Origin: Podarcis tiliguerta
Taxonomy: Eukaryota
Length of the DNA: 64,000 nucleotides
Assembly (NCBI GenBank): GCA_965153285.1
Contig: OZ229110.1
Strand: one strand, 5' to 3'
Shown one piece after another: positions 43,734 to 55,399 of this stretch. The translations under genes were made by a program, and so were the position numbers. The notes under the pieces were generated by a model, which made no database searches, was not told the origin of the DNA, and worked only from the letters and a program-made list of their open reading frames with translations. The first letter of the stretch is position 1. Each line of letters begins with the position of its first letter.

Positions 43734-46700
43734 CTGGGAAGGGAATGAGAGATGGTAGTTCAGGACTCCAAATGCATACTATCACAGCCATCCTCCAATT
43801 CTAATGCTAACTGGCCAGCATCCTCACCTCGGAGACTAGGGATGAAGCAGACTGGCTGAGCTTTTCTGGAAGATGAACCTTGGTGTGAGGATGAATCCCT
43901 GAGGGGTGATTCTGGGCTAAAGACTAAGAGATAAACAGAGCTATTAAAACCAGGCTATCCTGCAGCAAAGGCTGCTAATGCTAAGGATAACTGTTCTGAA
44001 AATAACCCAGTTTGCCCATGCCAACTAAGTAAGCAGTAGGCTCCATGGTGCAAGCGATCCACGTCAACAAAATTTACACTTTGCAGCAAAGAAGGGGGAG
44101 AGAACAAGGTTCAAATGCAGTTTGTCGTGCTCCTAGTCAACATCACTTTGTGTAGCACCACTATCACCATTAGAATGCTTTCTGTTTTCCTAATACTGGC
44201 TTGCCAATCTAGATATGACAGGTTTAAGTTACTCACAGTTCCACTCAGTAACTCGTAGAGCAGCGCCCCAAAGCTCCACCAGTCGCAAGCTTCGGTCAGC
44301 TTAGAAATTCCACCCACCTCTGCAGAGAAAAAAGCGTGAATTACAGCAACAGAAAGTCCATGCCAGAAGCCCTTGTCTCCTGTAACCATCTGGGCAAGAG
44401 GCTTTAAAAGGACTGTAGTCACAAAGAGAGGTGTCTCAGGTCAGGCCAGCTTGCCTGTTTTATTGCATTTAAGAGCATTTATAAACCACTTAATATATCT
44501 AAACATTTCCAAGTGGGGTATAATATAAAAGCAGTATTATGAAAACAAAAATACAAACCAAAACCAATATAACAGCATAAAATGACTTAAAAGCAAATAA
44601 AAGAAATAAATGATATTTCTTTCCTCTTGCCCCCATCTGCCAAGGGAAGAGCAAATGTCTTCATTACCTGGAGCACAGTATAAGTCTTCCAGTGCCTCAC
44701 TGCAACACTGTGGTTCCACCTCGGTCCACTGGCCAAAGTATGTGAGATGGATGTGACCTATGAAGCCACAGAAATGGCAAGAGCAGTTATGCAAAGCCAA
44801 GAAAAACAGGAGGCATCAGAAGCCCCTAGTCACCTTTCTGAACACTGACAAATCCCCATTTGAGTTGCGAATCTCAAAAACTGCCCTCGGGTTTAAGTCT
44901 TGGGCACCTGTTTTATTAAATGGCAATATGTGCTGTCTATTCACAGCTCCCCTGTAAGCCAAAGGAAATAAACAGGAAATCTAAACAAACATGGTTCAAG
45001 TGATGTTATTTAGCAGAACCAAAATGCTGATTATGGGACTGAACTGAGATATAGACCTGGGGACAGGGAAGCTTTTCTCGCAATACAGAAAAATGACATG
45101 CTCAGTTGGTAAAGCACAAGACATAATCTCAGGGCCATGGGTTTGAGCCCATTGGACAAAGTTTCCTGCATTGCAGGGGTTGGACTACATGACCATCGTG
45201 GTCCCTTCTAACTTGGATTCTAAGTTCATTCTCTCTTCATCTCTTGCCCCACAGGTGTATGTGAGAGTGTGTTTTGGTCTCAACCACTTTCCTCTGAGGG
45301 AATTTGGCCCTGGGAGTGAGCTCTCCCTGCCCCTCACAATAGAGGTGGTTATTTGTTTTTCTGTAATTTCACAAAACATAAGGGAGAGGGAGCTGGAATG
45401 TTTTCCCAATGAAACCAAATGCTCCAGCTACCAAATACGACAGACTAGAGTTTTCATTCAGCCCCTTCTTGGGAGAAAACTTACCAGTATCATCCAGCAG
45501 TAGGTTTCGTGGGTTGAGGTCCTGGCATAGGATCCCCTGCTGGTGGAGACCCTCCAAAGCCAAAACCAGTTCAGCTGCCCAAAGTTGGATCTGGTCCTCA
45601 CTTACATCCCAGGCCCCAAGGCTGTCCCTGTCTGCAGCCTGGTGCGCGGCAGACCCATATTGCCTTGATGTCAGCTGGTTTATGTGCTGTTTATGCTCAG
45701 TAGTCAACTCTTTCTGCAAAAGGCTCTCTTCTTTCATTTGTGTCACATTCTGTTGGTTCTCCTGACCACACGGGTTCTGCTGAAGAATTCCAGGATGCAC
45801 CTGTCTTTGGCCAGCTGGAGAATGCGCAAGCTGTGCTATTCGGTGACATGGAGCTTCTGTTGTTGACATGCATCCTCTTCCTGTCTCTGAGACACGTTGG
45901 CTAGATCTCTCACCTGCATGTGGTTTTGGCTCCTGCTGTGTGGTAGCTCTCTCAGATATGCTGCTGATGCTATCAGTTCTGATAAGTGAGTCACACGACC
46001 TGAAAGTCCTCTGGTTGACCAAGCAGTGATGCCCCCAGTGCGCTGGTTTTAAATTAGATTGTGTAGACAAAGTGTGTGTTGCACTTAAATGCTTCCCTCC
46101 AATAATGCCCCACGGTCCAACTGCAGGTCCAACATGCCACTTCTCATTCGTCGATGTTCTCACATGCATATGGTCAAGGGACTTCTTCCGAGGCAACGAG
46201 TGGTCACCACTTCTGAACAGATGACGATTTACAGCAGTTGGGATCTGGCTAGCATTGTTTTCAGGGTAGAAATTGCAGCTCTGCTGGGACACAGAATCGG
46301 CTTCTTGAGGGTTTCCTGTGACCCCTTCTTCACTGGTGTGACTCAAGACCAAGCTGAGCTTTGCCTTCAATGTATTGGAGGTGCTGGAGGATTTATGATG
46401 GAAACAATTCTGTGAGCGAAGATGGGACCAGAGGGTCCCCCCTGTGGGAACAAGGAAGAAGGGCTTCTCAGAAACATGCCAACTCCAGTTCCCCAACAGC
46501 TGTGCCTCCTCTTCCATTATCCCTTCTACTACAGTTGCCTGCTAGCCTGATGCCAGGCCGCAGAGAATAAGAGGGTTGAGAGGACAGAGAGAAGGCTAAA
46601 TGGTTCGGTTGATCTCTTACTGAACCAGCTCTATTGGTAGGATCAGGCAGCAAGCTTTCAAACCACACAGAGAAGCTCCCCCCCCCCCAGCAGGATTAAC

Positions 46701-49700
46701 AAACGCTTAAGTGTTCCCAATTTTATTCCTGCCTGAAGAAAAATGATGTGCAATTCAAAAGGCTGCTAACCTACTATATCTCTGCAGTCAGGCCAGCAGA
46801 GGTATTAGCTAAATTTGGAATGCATAGGATAACTATTCTTCAACCAACTCTCAGAGGAAGAAGCAATCAAAAGTTTCTGGCAAGATAATTTCTCAGACGC
46901 CACATGCCCAAAAGCTTCCCACCCATCTCAGGCTAAGAAGGATAGAGTGGATGACCTGCAACCATAAACATGTGTAACAAGCTGCTATAGGGTGACTACA
47001 AACCACAAAGCCAGCTGGGATTTAATGGAGAATGGAAAAAGAAGTGACACAAAAAACACAAACTGGATGGTTCCAATGTTACATTTCTGTAACTTGCAGA
47101 AATGCTGTGGGGGAAACCTAAAAATCCTGTTCCTCAGACTGGTGCCTGATAGCGTTGACCTATTAAAAGACTTGCATAATGGGTCACTTTCATCCAGATC
47201 TGTTCTAGCAACAATAAATTTGGACTACAACAACGTAACATCTGACCTGATCTGCAGGAAGTGAAATACCATATTTTTCCATGTATAAGACTATATTTTG
47301 TCCTAAATTTTTGAAGTTTAAAATAAAGGGTTGTCTTATACACGGATAGTGTACAGTGTATTTTCTTAATTTGGGGATAAAAAAAATAGAGGGCATCTTA
47401 TACATGGGGGAGTCTTACACATGAAAAAATACGGTATTTTGTACAGGATGGCTGGTACTCCAATTTCCTGCAATCATAAAACCAATCTGCTCTATGTGCA
47501 AGTGCACACAATTCCCAGTTCCCTGAAGGAGAAATTAGTTTACAGTTGAGTTATCCTCTACAATGAATTTTTCCATCTTCCTGTACTGGATGCTACACTC
47601 AAGGTATCTCAGAGGGTTATTTGGTTCACGGACAGAAATAATTCCACTCTTTCCCCTTGCTTGCACACTGATAAATCTTAGTCCGACTTAGTCTTAGTAC
47701 TTTGCATGATCTCCAATTTGCCCAAAGGTCTCATTTTGTATTAAAAAGCAAATGAAGCCATGTTAGCCCATGATAAGAAAAACAACCCAAAACAGTTGGG
47801 CAAGACTTTCATTAGGACCAAGTAAATTTAGCAACAAACACAAAACTCAAGCACTCAAAAGATTTACTCCAGGTGAGGCTGAGAAATACGATCGGGGAAA
47901 TGGCAAATCCTTTAACACTCACCTTTCACGTGCTCCAGGTGGAGGAAGACAGAGTCCTCACTTACAGAGTAGCACAGCAATTCAACCATAAAGGGGATTC
48001 CATGTGGGATGATTGTCTGCCTTTCACGGGTCTCCACATGCGATTTGGGGAGGCTCTGGAAGGGAACACAGAACCAAGAGATGTGGGTTGGCTGTCTGAA
48101 TGCTGTTTGGCCAGAAGAGCCCAGCAGCCTCTTCCAGTGTGGGAAAGGCCCCCTTACCACCCACTGTATTATAGAACACAGTTGGAAACTAATCTGTAAA
48201 AGTCCAAAGCGTGCAGAATGTACAGGAGCCCTGCATGTTTTACATTTAAGTACTCTGGAGCAGTAAATGATTATCTGAGAAATATTTTCCTATAGACTCT
48301 GCCTTTCCAGCATTGGCCCTGTACCTGAATTAGGCAATTTGTTATTGCTGAAGAATTTCATTGTGGCCCCAAAATACCTCTGGTTTTATTTGCAAGTGAT
48401 TCCATACTGGAAAACTTTGAATTGAAAAGGCAGGGCATGCTTTAAATACATTAAAAGTGCTTATTTATTTCAGGTATTAATAAATTACTTAATGTTCAAA
48501 ATTCCTAAGTGGGTTTAAAACAACAACACATATACAAGAATAATAAGAATTAAAACTGATCCTGGAAATAGAAAAACTGCCTGCTGAAATAGGAAAGCCA
48601 TTGTCAAGCACCAAAGTTCAGCATGGGACGCCCTTTTACTGCAGCCAAGGCTCTCCCCTTCTTTCTTAGCATTCCTTTGGTGCAAGTGCTTCTGCAGCTC
48701 AGGAAGAGCAAGGGGACCAGTAGAGGCATTGGCCAAGCAACTTCTCAACAGTAAACAGAAGGGGGTGGCAGATACCTAGATTCTGTGGAGAAAAAGCTCT
48801 GCTATCTTGCCCTCGGTTTAGCCTGAGTGAGGCAAGCACATATTCCAGCTGAGCTGAGTCCTCAAGCTCAGAATAGGTTTGGCCTGGCAGGTAGAAGGAG
48901 AAATCCCAGTAATTTCCACGAGTGATAACCATCTTCACCTGCTCACATCAGGTGCTTACATCTCCTCAGCTCCCACAAAGGGGTTACACTAGTTACCTGA
49001 TTGGCTGAAAGAGTGCCAGGTGTCACTCAGCCCAACACGGGGTGGAAGCCCTTAAAAAAAGGGACTAGTAAAATAGTCCCTTTGTCCCTCACATTCCATC
49101 ATGAGTTCCCTCACCTCCTCAGGTTTCATCGTCCATTTTGATAACCCTGTAACCGAGCACCTTTGCTTTGTTACTTGTGAGGAGTCCAGAAATCTGCTTG
49201 TAAGTAACTAGGTCAGCATAGATAGATTTGAGCTAAAGGGTTCCTATTATTTTCCAGTCTGCTTTGTCCTCCTGTCTTCATTTTTATTCCTAATAAAACT
49301 TGGCTGCTGGAGTCTGAAGTGTGTTAACACTAAACCCAAAGATTCTCACCAGTTTGTGATTTTACGCACAAGTCTTTGATTCATAAATAGGGTGCCAATT
49401 CTTTCATTTAGATATTAATATAATTTAAAGCAGCACTTTAAAATAGCTTGTATTTGAACATGTGAGAGAAGAATAAGCTTTGTTCTTCTAAAAGGAGAAG
49501 AGGGCTAGCAATGGATTTGTAAAAGGAATTCCTCAATAGAAAAGGACATGAGCAAAGCTTCACAAATTGGACAGTATAGAGAGATCTGGGCTAGCTATAA
49601 CCTCACGGATACTAAAGAGAACAAGGTTGAGCCCAGGAGGGCTTTTTCAAGGCTAGGTTGGTTTTCCAGTAACACCATGTCTAGGATTGCCAAAAGGAAG

Positions 49701-49956
49701 GGAAATAGAGGAAACGAAGGGAGTCAGAGGAAGGCGGATGCACATACCTTCAGTATAAAGGTTCCCCCAGTAGCAGGGTCCTGCACTATCTGTACCTACA
49801 AGCAACAAAACCTCAAGTTAACCACAACAGTGCAATGGTCTGCCTGGTACCCATATGAACCTCAAGGTTTTAGGGTTGGGGAGAATCTTTCTTTATTCTC
49901 TCAGGCATTTTAAATCGGTGTTGTTTTTAATTTCCTGCAGCTTTTTAGAGCTTCAG

Positions 49957-49990
<34 letters not shown>

Positions 49991-51930
49991 CGCTGCTGTT
50001 GTTTCACAGTACTGCTCCTTTTCGTTTTGCTTCTTGTTGTTTTACATGATGAAAACTTGCCTGATGAGATGCATTAAAATTTGATTGACAAACCAGCAGA
50101 ATCCTGAAGCAGCTAAAGCCTGGATTTCATAGGCTGGAGCCAACTCAGTTTGCTGCATGAAGTCATGAGGGTGCTCTAACACAAGGATAAGGAACTTTTG
50201 GCCCTCCAGATGCTGTTGGACCGCAGCTGCCCTCAGCCCCAACCAACATGGCCAGTGGTCATGCACTGCAGCAACATCGGGGGCGGGGGGGGGGGAGATT
50301 AATCTTTAAGGTGCCCGGGCTTCTTCAGGCTTTTGCTACAATTGCCTGACATGGTTACTCTTCCAGAACACCATCTCAGGTGCAACTAGTTACCTTGTCA
50401 ATTATTCCTACAACCTTACAGTGCCTCAGGTTCTCCACTGGCGCGCTGAGTGTCCTAATTGGCCGAAAGCGAAGGCTGCTGTAACCCTGTCAATCAATGA
50501 AAAATTGAGAAACGTCTTAGTTTGAGAAACTAGGTGGAGTAGAACAAAGGAGACAGTAACAGTACTGGGTGGTTTTTTGTTGTTTTTTTTAAACTGCTGG
50601 GAATCCAGCTGCATGTCCCCTATTCCCCCCCCCCCCAAATCTCACCGTTTCAGTGGAGCTTCCATTTCCCAGAGTTCGTTGCAGATGGCAGTTGAAGATC
50701 TCTTCAGCACGTTTCAAGTACTGGGTGATCTTCCTCTTCACAGCTTCACGGCGCTCCTTATTAGGATCCACTGCATGAGAGTCATGGGCATTACTCATTC
50801 TTAGCTCTCATTTTATGTAGTTCTTTTTAGATCCTCGGCTCTTCCTCACATCACAACATGCCTGGCCCAATAGCCAAGGCTGTGTGTTCCCCACACTTTT
50901 ATAAAGCTATAATTCTGCACCTACAAGCAGTCTAAATTCTGTGCCACAAAAAATGAATTCTGTGACATTTATAAATTCACAATAAGAAATTACTCAAACT
51001 TAAGGCTTAAAAAAAGAATGGGATTGCTTTAAAAATTATTTGTGTAAACATGGCTCCCAAATCAAAACTTGGATGTGCCTGGAATAAATTTCACAAAATA
51101 AAAGACAATTAGAGGAGATATTCTATATAAATAGAATGTTGAAAGTATATTAGAACACAGTACAAAAGAAAATGAAATAAAGAGAGATGATGAAGCTGTT
51201 AAGAGGTAGAGAGAAGTCAATTATGTAGAAGATATGAACATGTATAGAAGAATAAATAGACTACGTTTATGTAAAGATGACGTTTATCTGTAAATTTTAA
51301 ATTGCTCTCTCTCTATATATATATATTCACATAATTTGTATGATTTCACAGATATTTTGCAATATTTTTTCCTCATCTAGTCAGCTGGGTGGGCAAGAGC
51401 CTATAAAGAGCATTCGTAAGTTAGCCATGCACCTTTCATGCTTCTATGCTCCATCTATCCCAGGTCCAGTGGTGGACCTTACAGTCTCAAATTCCAGCAG
51501 CACACTGTGTGGTGTCTAATCTTGCCCCATAACCACCACCTCTGGCCTTCCATTCTACATCATACTTGCGGCGCCCAATGCAGCATCCTTGAGGCTCCAC
51601 ACCCAGTACAAATGAACTGGTTGCCCTCCCCTAAATCCACTTCTGCCAGGATCCCTACATCTTTCACAACCACCCACTCCACTTCCCCACCGTACCCTGA
51701 ACCCCGTTGAGCAGAACATCCACGCCATTCTTGTAATGGTTGAAAGCTTCTTCGTAGTCCTCGCTCACATCCCGCTCCAAAGCCAGGCGGATCTGCTTAG
51801 CCGCATCCACCAGGTAGTCACGCTTCCCAGCTCCATGCGAGTCAACGCCCCCTGGCGCAACCCGGCTTCGGATTTGCTCAAGATATACTCGGGCCTGGGA
51901 GAAGGCTCGAGTACAGGATTCGGAATCCAT
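43623..51930 (-). CDS. RPS6KL1: Ribosomal protein S6 kinase-like 1 (MIT domain + split pseudokinase); 10 coding exons, ~656 aa
   Basis: Exons 51930-51696, 50770-50646, 50486-50394, 49795-49748, 48055-47923, 46441-45485, 44757-44668, 44319-44237, 43923-43828, 43733-43623 splice in frame; [44 protein letters not shown]. Confidence 0.94.
43828..43923 (-). CDS. RPS6KL1: RPS6KL1 exon
   Basis: [32 protein letters not shown]. Confidence 0.9.
44237..44319 (-). CDS. RPS6KL1: RPS6KL1 exon
   Basis: [28 protein letters not shown]. Confidence 0.93.
44668..44757 (-). CDS. RPS6KL1: RPS6KL1 exon
   Basis: [30 protein letters not shown]. Confidence 0.93.
45100..45222 (+). mobile_element. tRNA-Lys-derived SINE with CR1-type tail (diverged)
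   Basis: GCTCAGTTGGTAAAGCA...TAATCTCAGGG...TTCCTGCATTGCAGGGGTTGGACTACATGA. Confidence 0.65.
45485..46441 (-). CDS. RPS6KL1: RPS6KL1 large exon (kinase-domain insert), 957 nt
   Basis: GGTLWSHL...[36 protein letters not shown]; AG/GTAAG. Confidence 0.93.
47267..47436. mobile_element. pogo/Tigger-like MITE
   Basis: TACCATATTTTTCCATGTATAAGAC...GTCTTACACATGAAAAAATACGGTA. Confidence 0.75.
47923..48055 (-). CDS. RPS6KL1: RPS6KL1 exon
   Basis: [44 protein letters not shown]. Confidence 0.93.
49748..49795 (-). CDS. RPS6KL1: RPS6KL1 exon
   Basis: [16 protein letters not shown]; 48 nt. Confidence 0.9.
49958..49989. repeat. (GT)n microsatellite
   Basis: About 15 GT units. Confidence 0.95.
50394..50486 (-). 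CDS. RPS6KL1: RPS6KL1 exon
   Basis: [31 protein letters not shown]. Confidence 0.92.
50646..50770 (-). CDS. RPS6KL1: RPS6KL1 exon (MIT domain C-half)
   Basis: [42 protein letters not shown]. Confidence 0.93.
51696..51930 (-). CDS. RPS6KL1: RPS6KL1 first coding exon (exon starts ~52004)
   Basis: [24 protein letters not shown]...[25 protein letters not shown]; true start uncertain (see findings). Confidence 0.85.
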
Positions 51931-52269
51931 GCCCAAACCGTTGCTCAGGGAGTCACTCCGATTAAAAACTGGCCATTCTCAATGAATCCTCACCAGCCTA
52001 CTTCCTGTAATGCTTGAGACAAAGGCAGAATTAGAGGTAGAGAAAAAGAAGGGTGAATTAGCAGGTTAGGGAGAAGATTGGGGGTGGGGTGGGGGCGGGT
52101 ACAAAGGGCTACGAATAGGAGCTAGAAAGTGCCAGCACTCAAAAGAGTGGAAAGAGTTTGCAAGTGATACAGTCTCTGCAGGAGGGCTGTCACCTAATGA
52201 GAGTTGCCTAAGTATGAGAGTTTTAAGTATTTTGGCAAGGATTAAACACTTGCTTAATCCTTTTTAAGA

Positions 52270-52623
52270 GGGATGCGGGTGGCGCTGTGGGTTAAACCAG
52301 AGAACCTAGGACTTGCCGATCGAAAGGTCGGCAGTTCGAATCCCTGCAACAGGGTGAGCTCCCATTCCTCGGTCCCTGCTCCTGCCAACCTAGCAGTTCG
52401 AAAGCACGTCAAAGTGTAAGTAGATAAATAGGTACCGCTTCGGTGGGAAGGTAAACGGCATTTCCGTGCACTGCTCTGGTTCGCCAGAAGCGGCTTAGTC
52501 CTGCTGGCCACATGACCCGGAAGCTGTACGCCGGCTCCCTCGGCCAAGAAAGCGAGATGAGCGCCCCAACCCCCGAGTCGGTCACGACTGGACCTAATGG
52601 TCAGGGGTCCGTTTACCTTTACC
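52270..52623 (+). mobile_element. Sauria SINE
   Basis: Full length; TSD TAATCCTTTTTAA. Confidence 0.92.
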
Positions 52624-53729
52624 TAATCCTTTTTAAACATGCCTTTGGTTGACCTGATCAACATCCTATACACTTTTAAAATGTGGCTCTTTTTTTGGGG
52701 TGGGGGTATTATTGGGTTATTGTTTTTATTTTGATTTAATATATTGTGATCTTTTTTTGTGAACCGCCCTGAGACCTCCGGGTATAGGGTGGTATATAAA
52801 TTCAGTAAATAATAATTGCAAATAAAACCATGGAATTGAATAAAAGGCACATGCTCATGTTGCAGCAAGCACCCTCTTAGAAGAGGCTTTCCCCTCCTCC
52901 TGTAACAGGAGAAAGCCTCTTCTGAAATTGTGCCAACCACCTGTTGTTTCCGTAAGTACATAGCACTAAAAACAATTAACTTTTTTTTTTTTTTTTTAAA
53001 GGGAATCTAACAGTTTTAATCGATTATTCAGACCACATCAACCAACCCAAGGCTGCAACCCTGCTTTTGCCCAGGCCAGGGAATAGATAGATAGGTGGGA
53101 TTAAGGTTCACAATAGGTTTCTGCCTCCACCGTTTTTCTGCAAGCAAAACCCAAGAGGCTGTTTGTTACTAAGCTCTTGCTCCTCTCGAAGGCAAGCAGA
53201 CCGGAAACAAAACGGCGGGTGCTAACGGTATGCCACCGGCTGCATGGTTAGCTTCGGGGCCTTTGGACGCTTAGGCCAGGCGGAGCCACAGGCCCCGCAG
53301 GAGCTGCACAGACTCGGACGAATGGACGCTCCTCATTCTCCCTCCGGCGCTAATAAAACTACCAGTGCTGGCACAGCCTCAACTTGGAGATGGGCAGGAG
53401 AAGGGTCGGTGCAGGAATCCGAGAAGCCTTGAAGCAAGGTGCTGTGTTGCCAAGAGAGGGCCATTCTGTGCGGGCATCCGCTGCCGGCCTTAGAAGGGGG
53501 GGGGGGGGAGGCCTCACTAGGTTGATGGTTGACGCGCCATGGTTGTAGCCAGGATTTTTATGGGGGGGGGCAGGACTTTTGTTAGAGGGGGCCAGAACCG
53601 ACGTGATTGGACAGTTAAGTATTTCTATTGTTTTACTCGATCTGGGGGGGGGGTGCAGCTGCCCCCCCCTGACGCTTAAGGAAGCAGGTGGTGCAAAAGA
53701 TAAGCTGGAGGGGGGGCGAACCTGGCCTA

Positions 53730-54190
53730 ACCCCCCCCCCGGCTCCCCCTTATCGGCTAAGAACGCGCTGCAACAACCTGCCCGCATCTTTCCCCGGGGT
53801 ATGTGTGTGTGTGTGACGTGGGCAGGGCACAGGTGCCTGCGGGGAAGGGGCATCCCGTACCTAAAGGAGTCGTGGTGCCTGAGATGCTGGTCGGAGCGGA
53901 GGGCGAGGCACGGAATCCCCGGCGGCGGCGGCGGCGGCGGCTCCTCCTCCTCCTTCCATCTCGGCTCGGGGATCCGGCTCGCCGGTGGAAGAGCCAGGTG
54001 TCGGAGGATGCAACTTGCGGGGGCTGTGTGGGTGGTCCGCGCTTGCGACGATTGGCTGCGGATGAGCTCACTAGCCGGCCTTTAGAATAAAGCACCAATC
54101 GCCGGGCAGCTGGCTCGAGAGCTGCCTCTTAAAGAGCCCGCGTCGAGGTCTGCAGAGCCAGGCTGCGGAGTCCAAAGCGAGGGGCGGGGG
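53730..54190 (-). promoter_or_regulatory. RPS6KL1: CpG island: RPS6KL1 promoter and non-coding exon 1 (donor after 53861)
   Basis: CpG-rich; CCAAT boxes on both strands (~54050, ~54095); GC box GGGGCGGGG 54181; donor TAG|GTACGG on - strand; (GCC)7 in presumed 5' UTR. Confidence 0.7.
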
Positions 54191-54664
54191 AAGAGTCTGT
54201 CTCCGGGGGTGGGGTGGGGAAATGAAATTAAAACTGCTGGAAATGAAATTAGAAATATTCCTTGGGCTGCCATTTCCCCTAAAGAAGTACGTGATTGTAT
54301 ACATGTATTCACTTTCGATCTCATTTCACTTTGTCCTCCTGGTTTTCGATAGGGTGGAAGGACTATGTCAATAAATTCCGTCCTGTTTTCAGAGTCGGTG
54401 TTATGGCTTTACTCCGTGGTAACTACCTCGGTTCTCGTAAGCTTGCCATGCTATCCAAATGACTGCTGGGAAAGGACTAGTGTATTTGTGGGGTGGTGGC
54501 AGAAGCCATGTTTCTGCTAAACCTCTCCGTGTGGAACTGAGCTACTAGAAAGGCAATGCACCTAGTCAAAAGCGTTTATTGTTTTATAATTATTTCACAT
54601 GACCCATGTTTTTGTCTGTGCTTTGAAGAGCACAAGAAGGTGCCTGCTGGGCCCTGGGCAATAC

Positions 54665-55289
54665 CAGGGGTCAGCAACCTTTTTCACCCGTGGGGCAGTC
54701 CACCATCCCTCAGACCATGTAGTGGACTGACTATATTTTTTTGTGGGGGGGGGGGGAGGGAATGAATTCCTATGCCCCACAAATAACCCAAAGATGCATT
54801 TTAAATAAAAGGACACATTCTACTCATGTAAAAACACAGATTCCCTGTCCGTCCGTGGGTCGGATTGAGAGGGCTATTGGGCCGGATCCTGCCTTAGGTT
54901 GCCTAAAAAGTAAAGGTAAAGGTACCCCTGCCCGTACGGGCCAGTCTTGACAGACTCTAGGGTTGTGCGCCCATCTCACTCAAAGAGGCCAAGGGCCAGC
55001 GCTGTCCGAAGACACTTCCGGGTCACGTGGCCAGCGTGACATCGCTGCTCTGGCGAGCCAGAGTCGCACACAGAAACGCCGTTTACCTTCCCACTAGTAA
55101 GCGGTCCCTATTTATCTACTTGCACCCAGGGGTGCTTTCGAACTGCTAGGTTGGCAGGCGCTGGGACCGAACAGCGGGAGCGCACCCCACCGCGGGGATT
55201 CGAACCGCCGACCTTTCGATCAGCAAGTCCTAGGTGCTGAGGCTTTAACCCACAGCGCCACCCGCGTCCCTTTAGGTTGCCTACCCCTG
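54665..55289. mobile_element. hAT-type MITE interrupted by a Sauria SINE
   Basis: TIR CAGGGGTCAGCAACCT / AGGTTGCCTACCCCTG; degenerate 8-bp TSD GGCAATAC/GTCAATTC. Confidence 0.75.
54906..55270 (-). mobile_element. Sauria SINE nested in hAT MITE
   Basis: TSD TTAGGTTGCCTA (54894-54905, 55272-55283). Confidence 0.92.
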
Positions 55290-55399
55290 GTCAATTCATT
55301 CCAGCATTCTGTTCTCATAATGGCCAGCCAGAGGTGTGTAGGAAACCCACCAGCGCAGGAGTCTCTCCCCACTTTTTTATTAGGGTTTTTGGGGGTGGG

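Noticed and set aside
49115-49193. Possible poison exon in an RPS6KL1 intron (donor GAG|GTGAGG)
   Set aside because: Acceptor lacks a polypyrimidine tract; no other support
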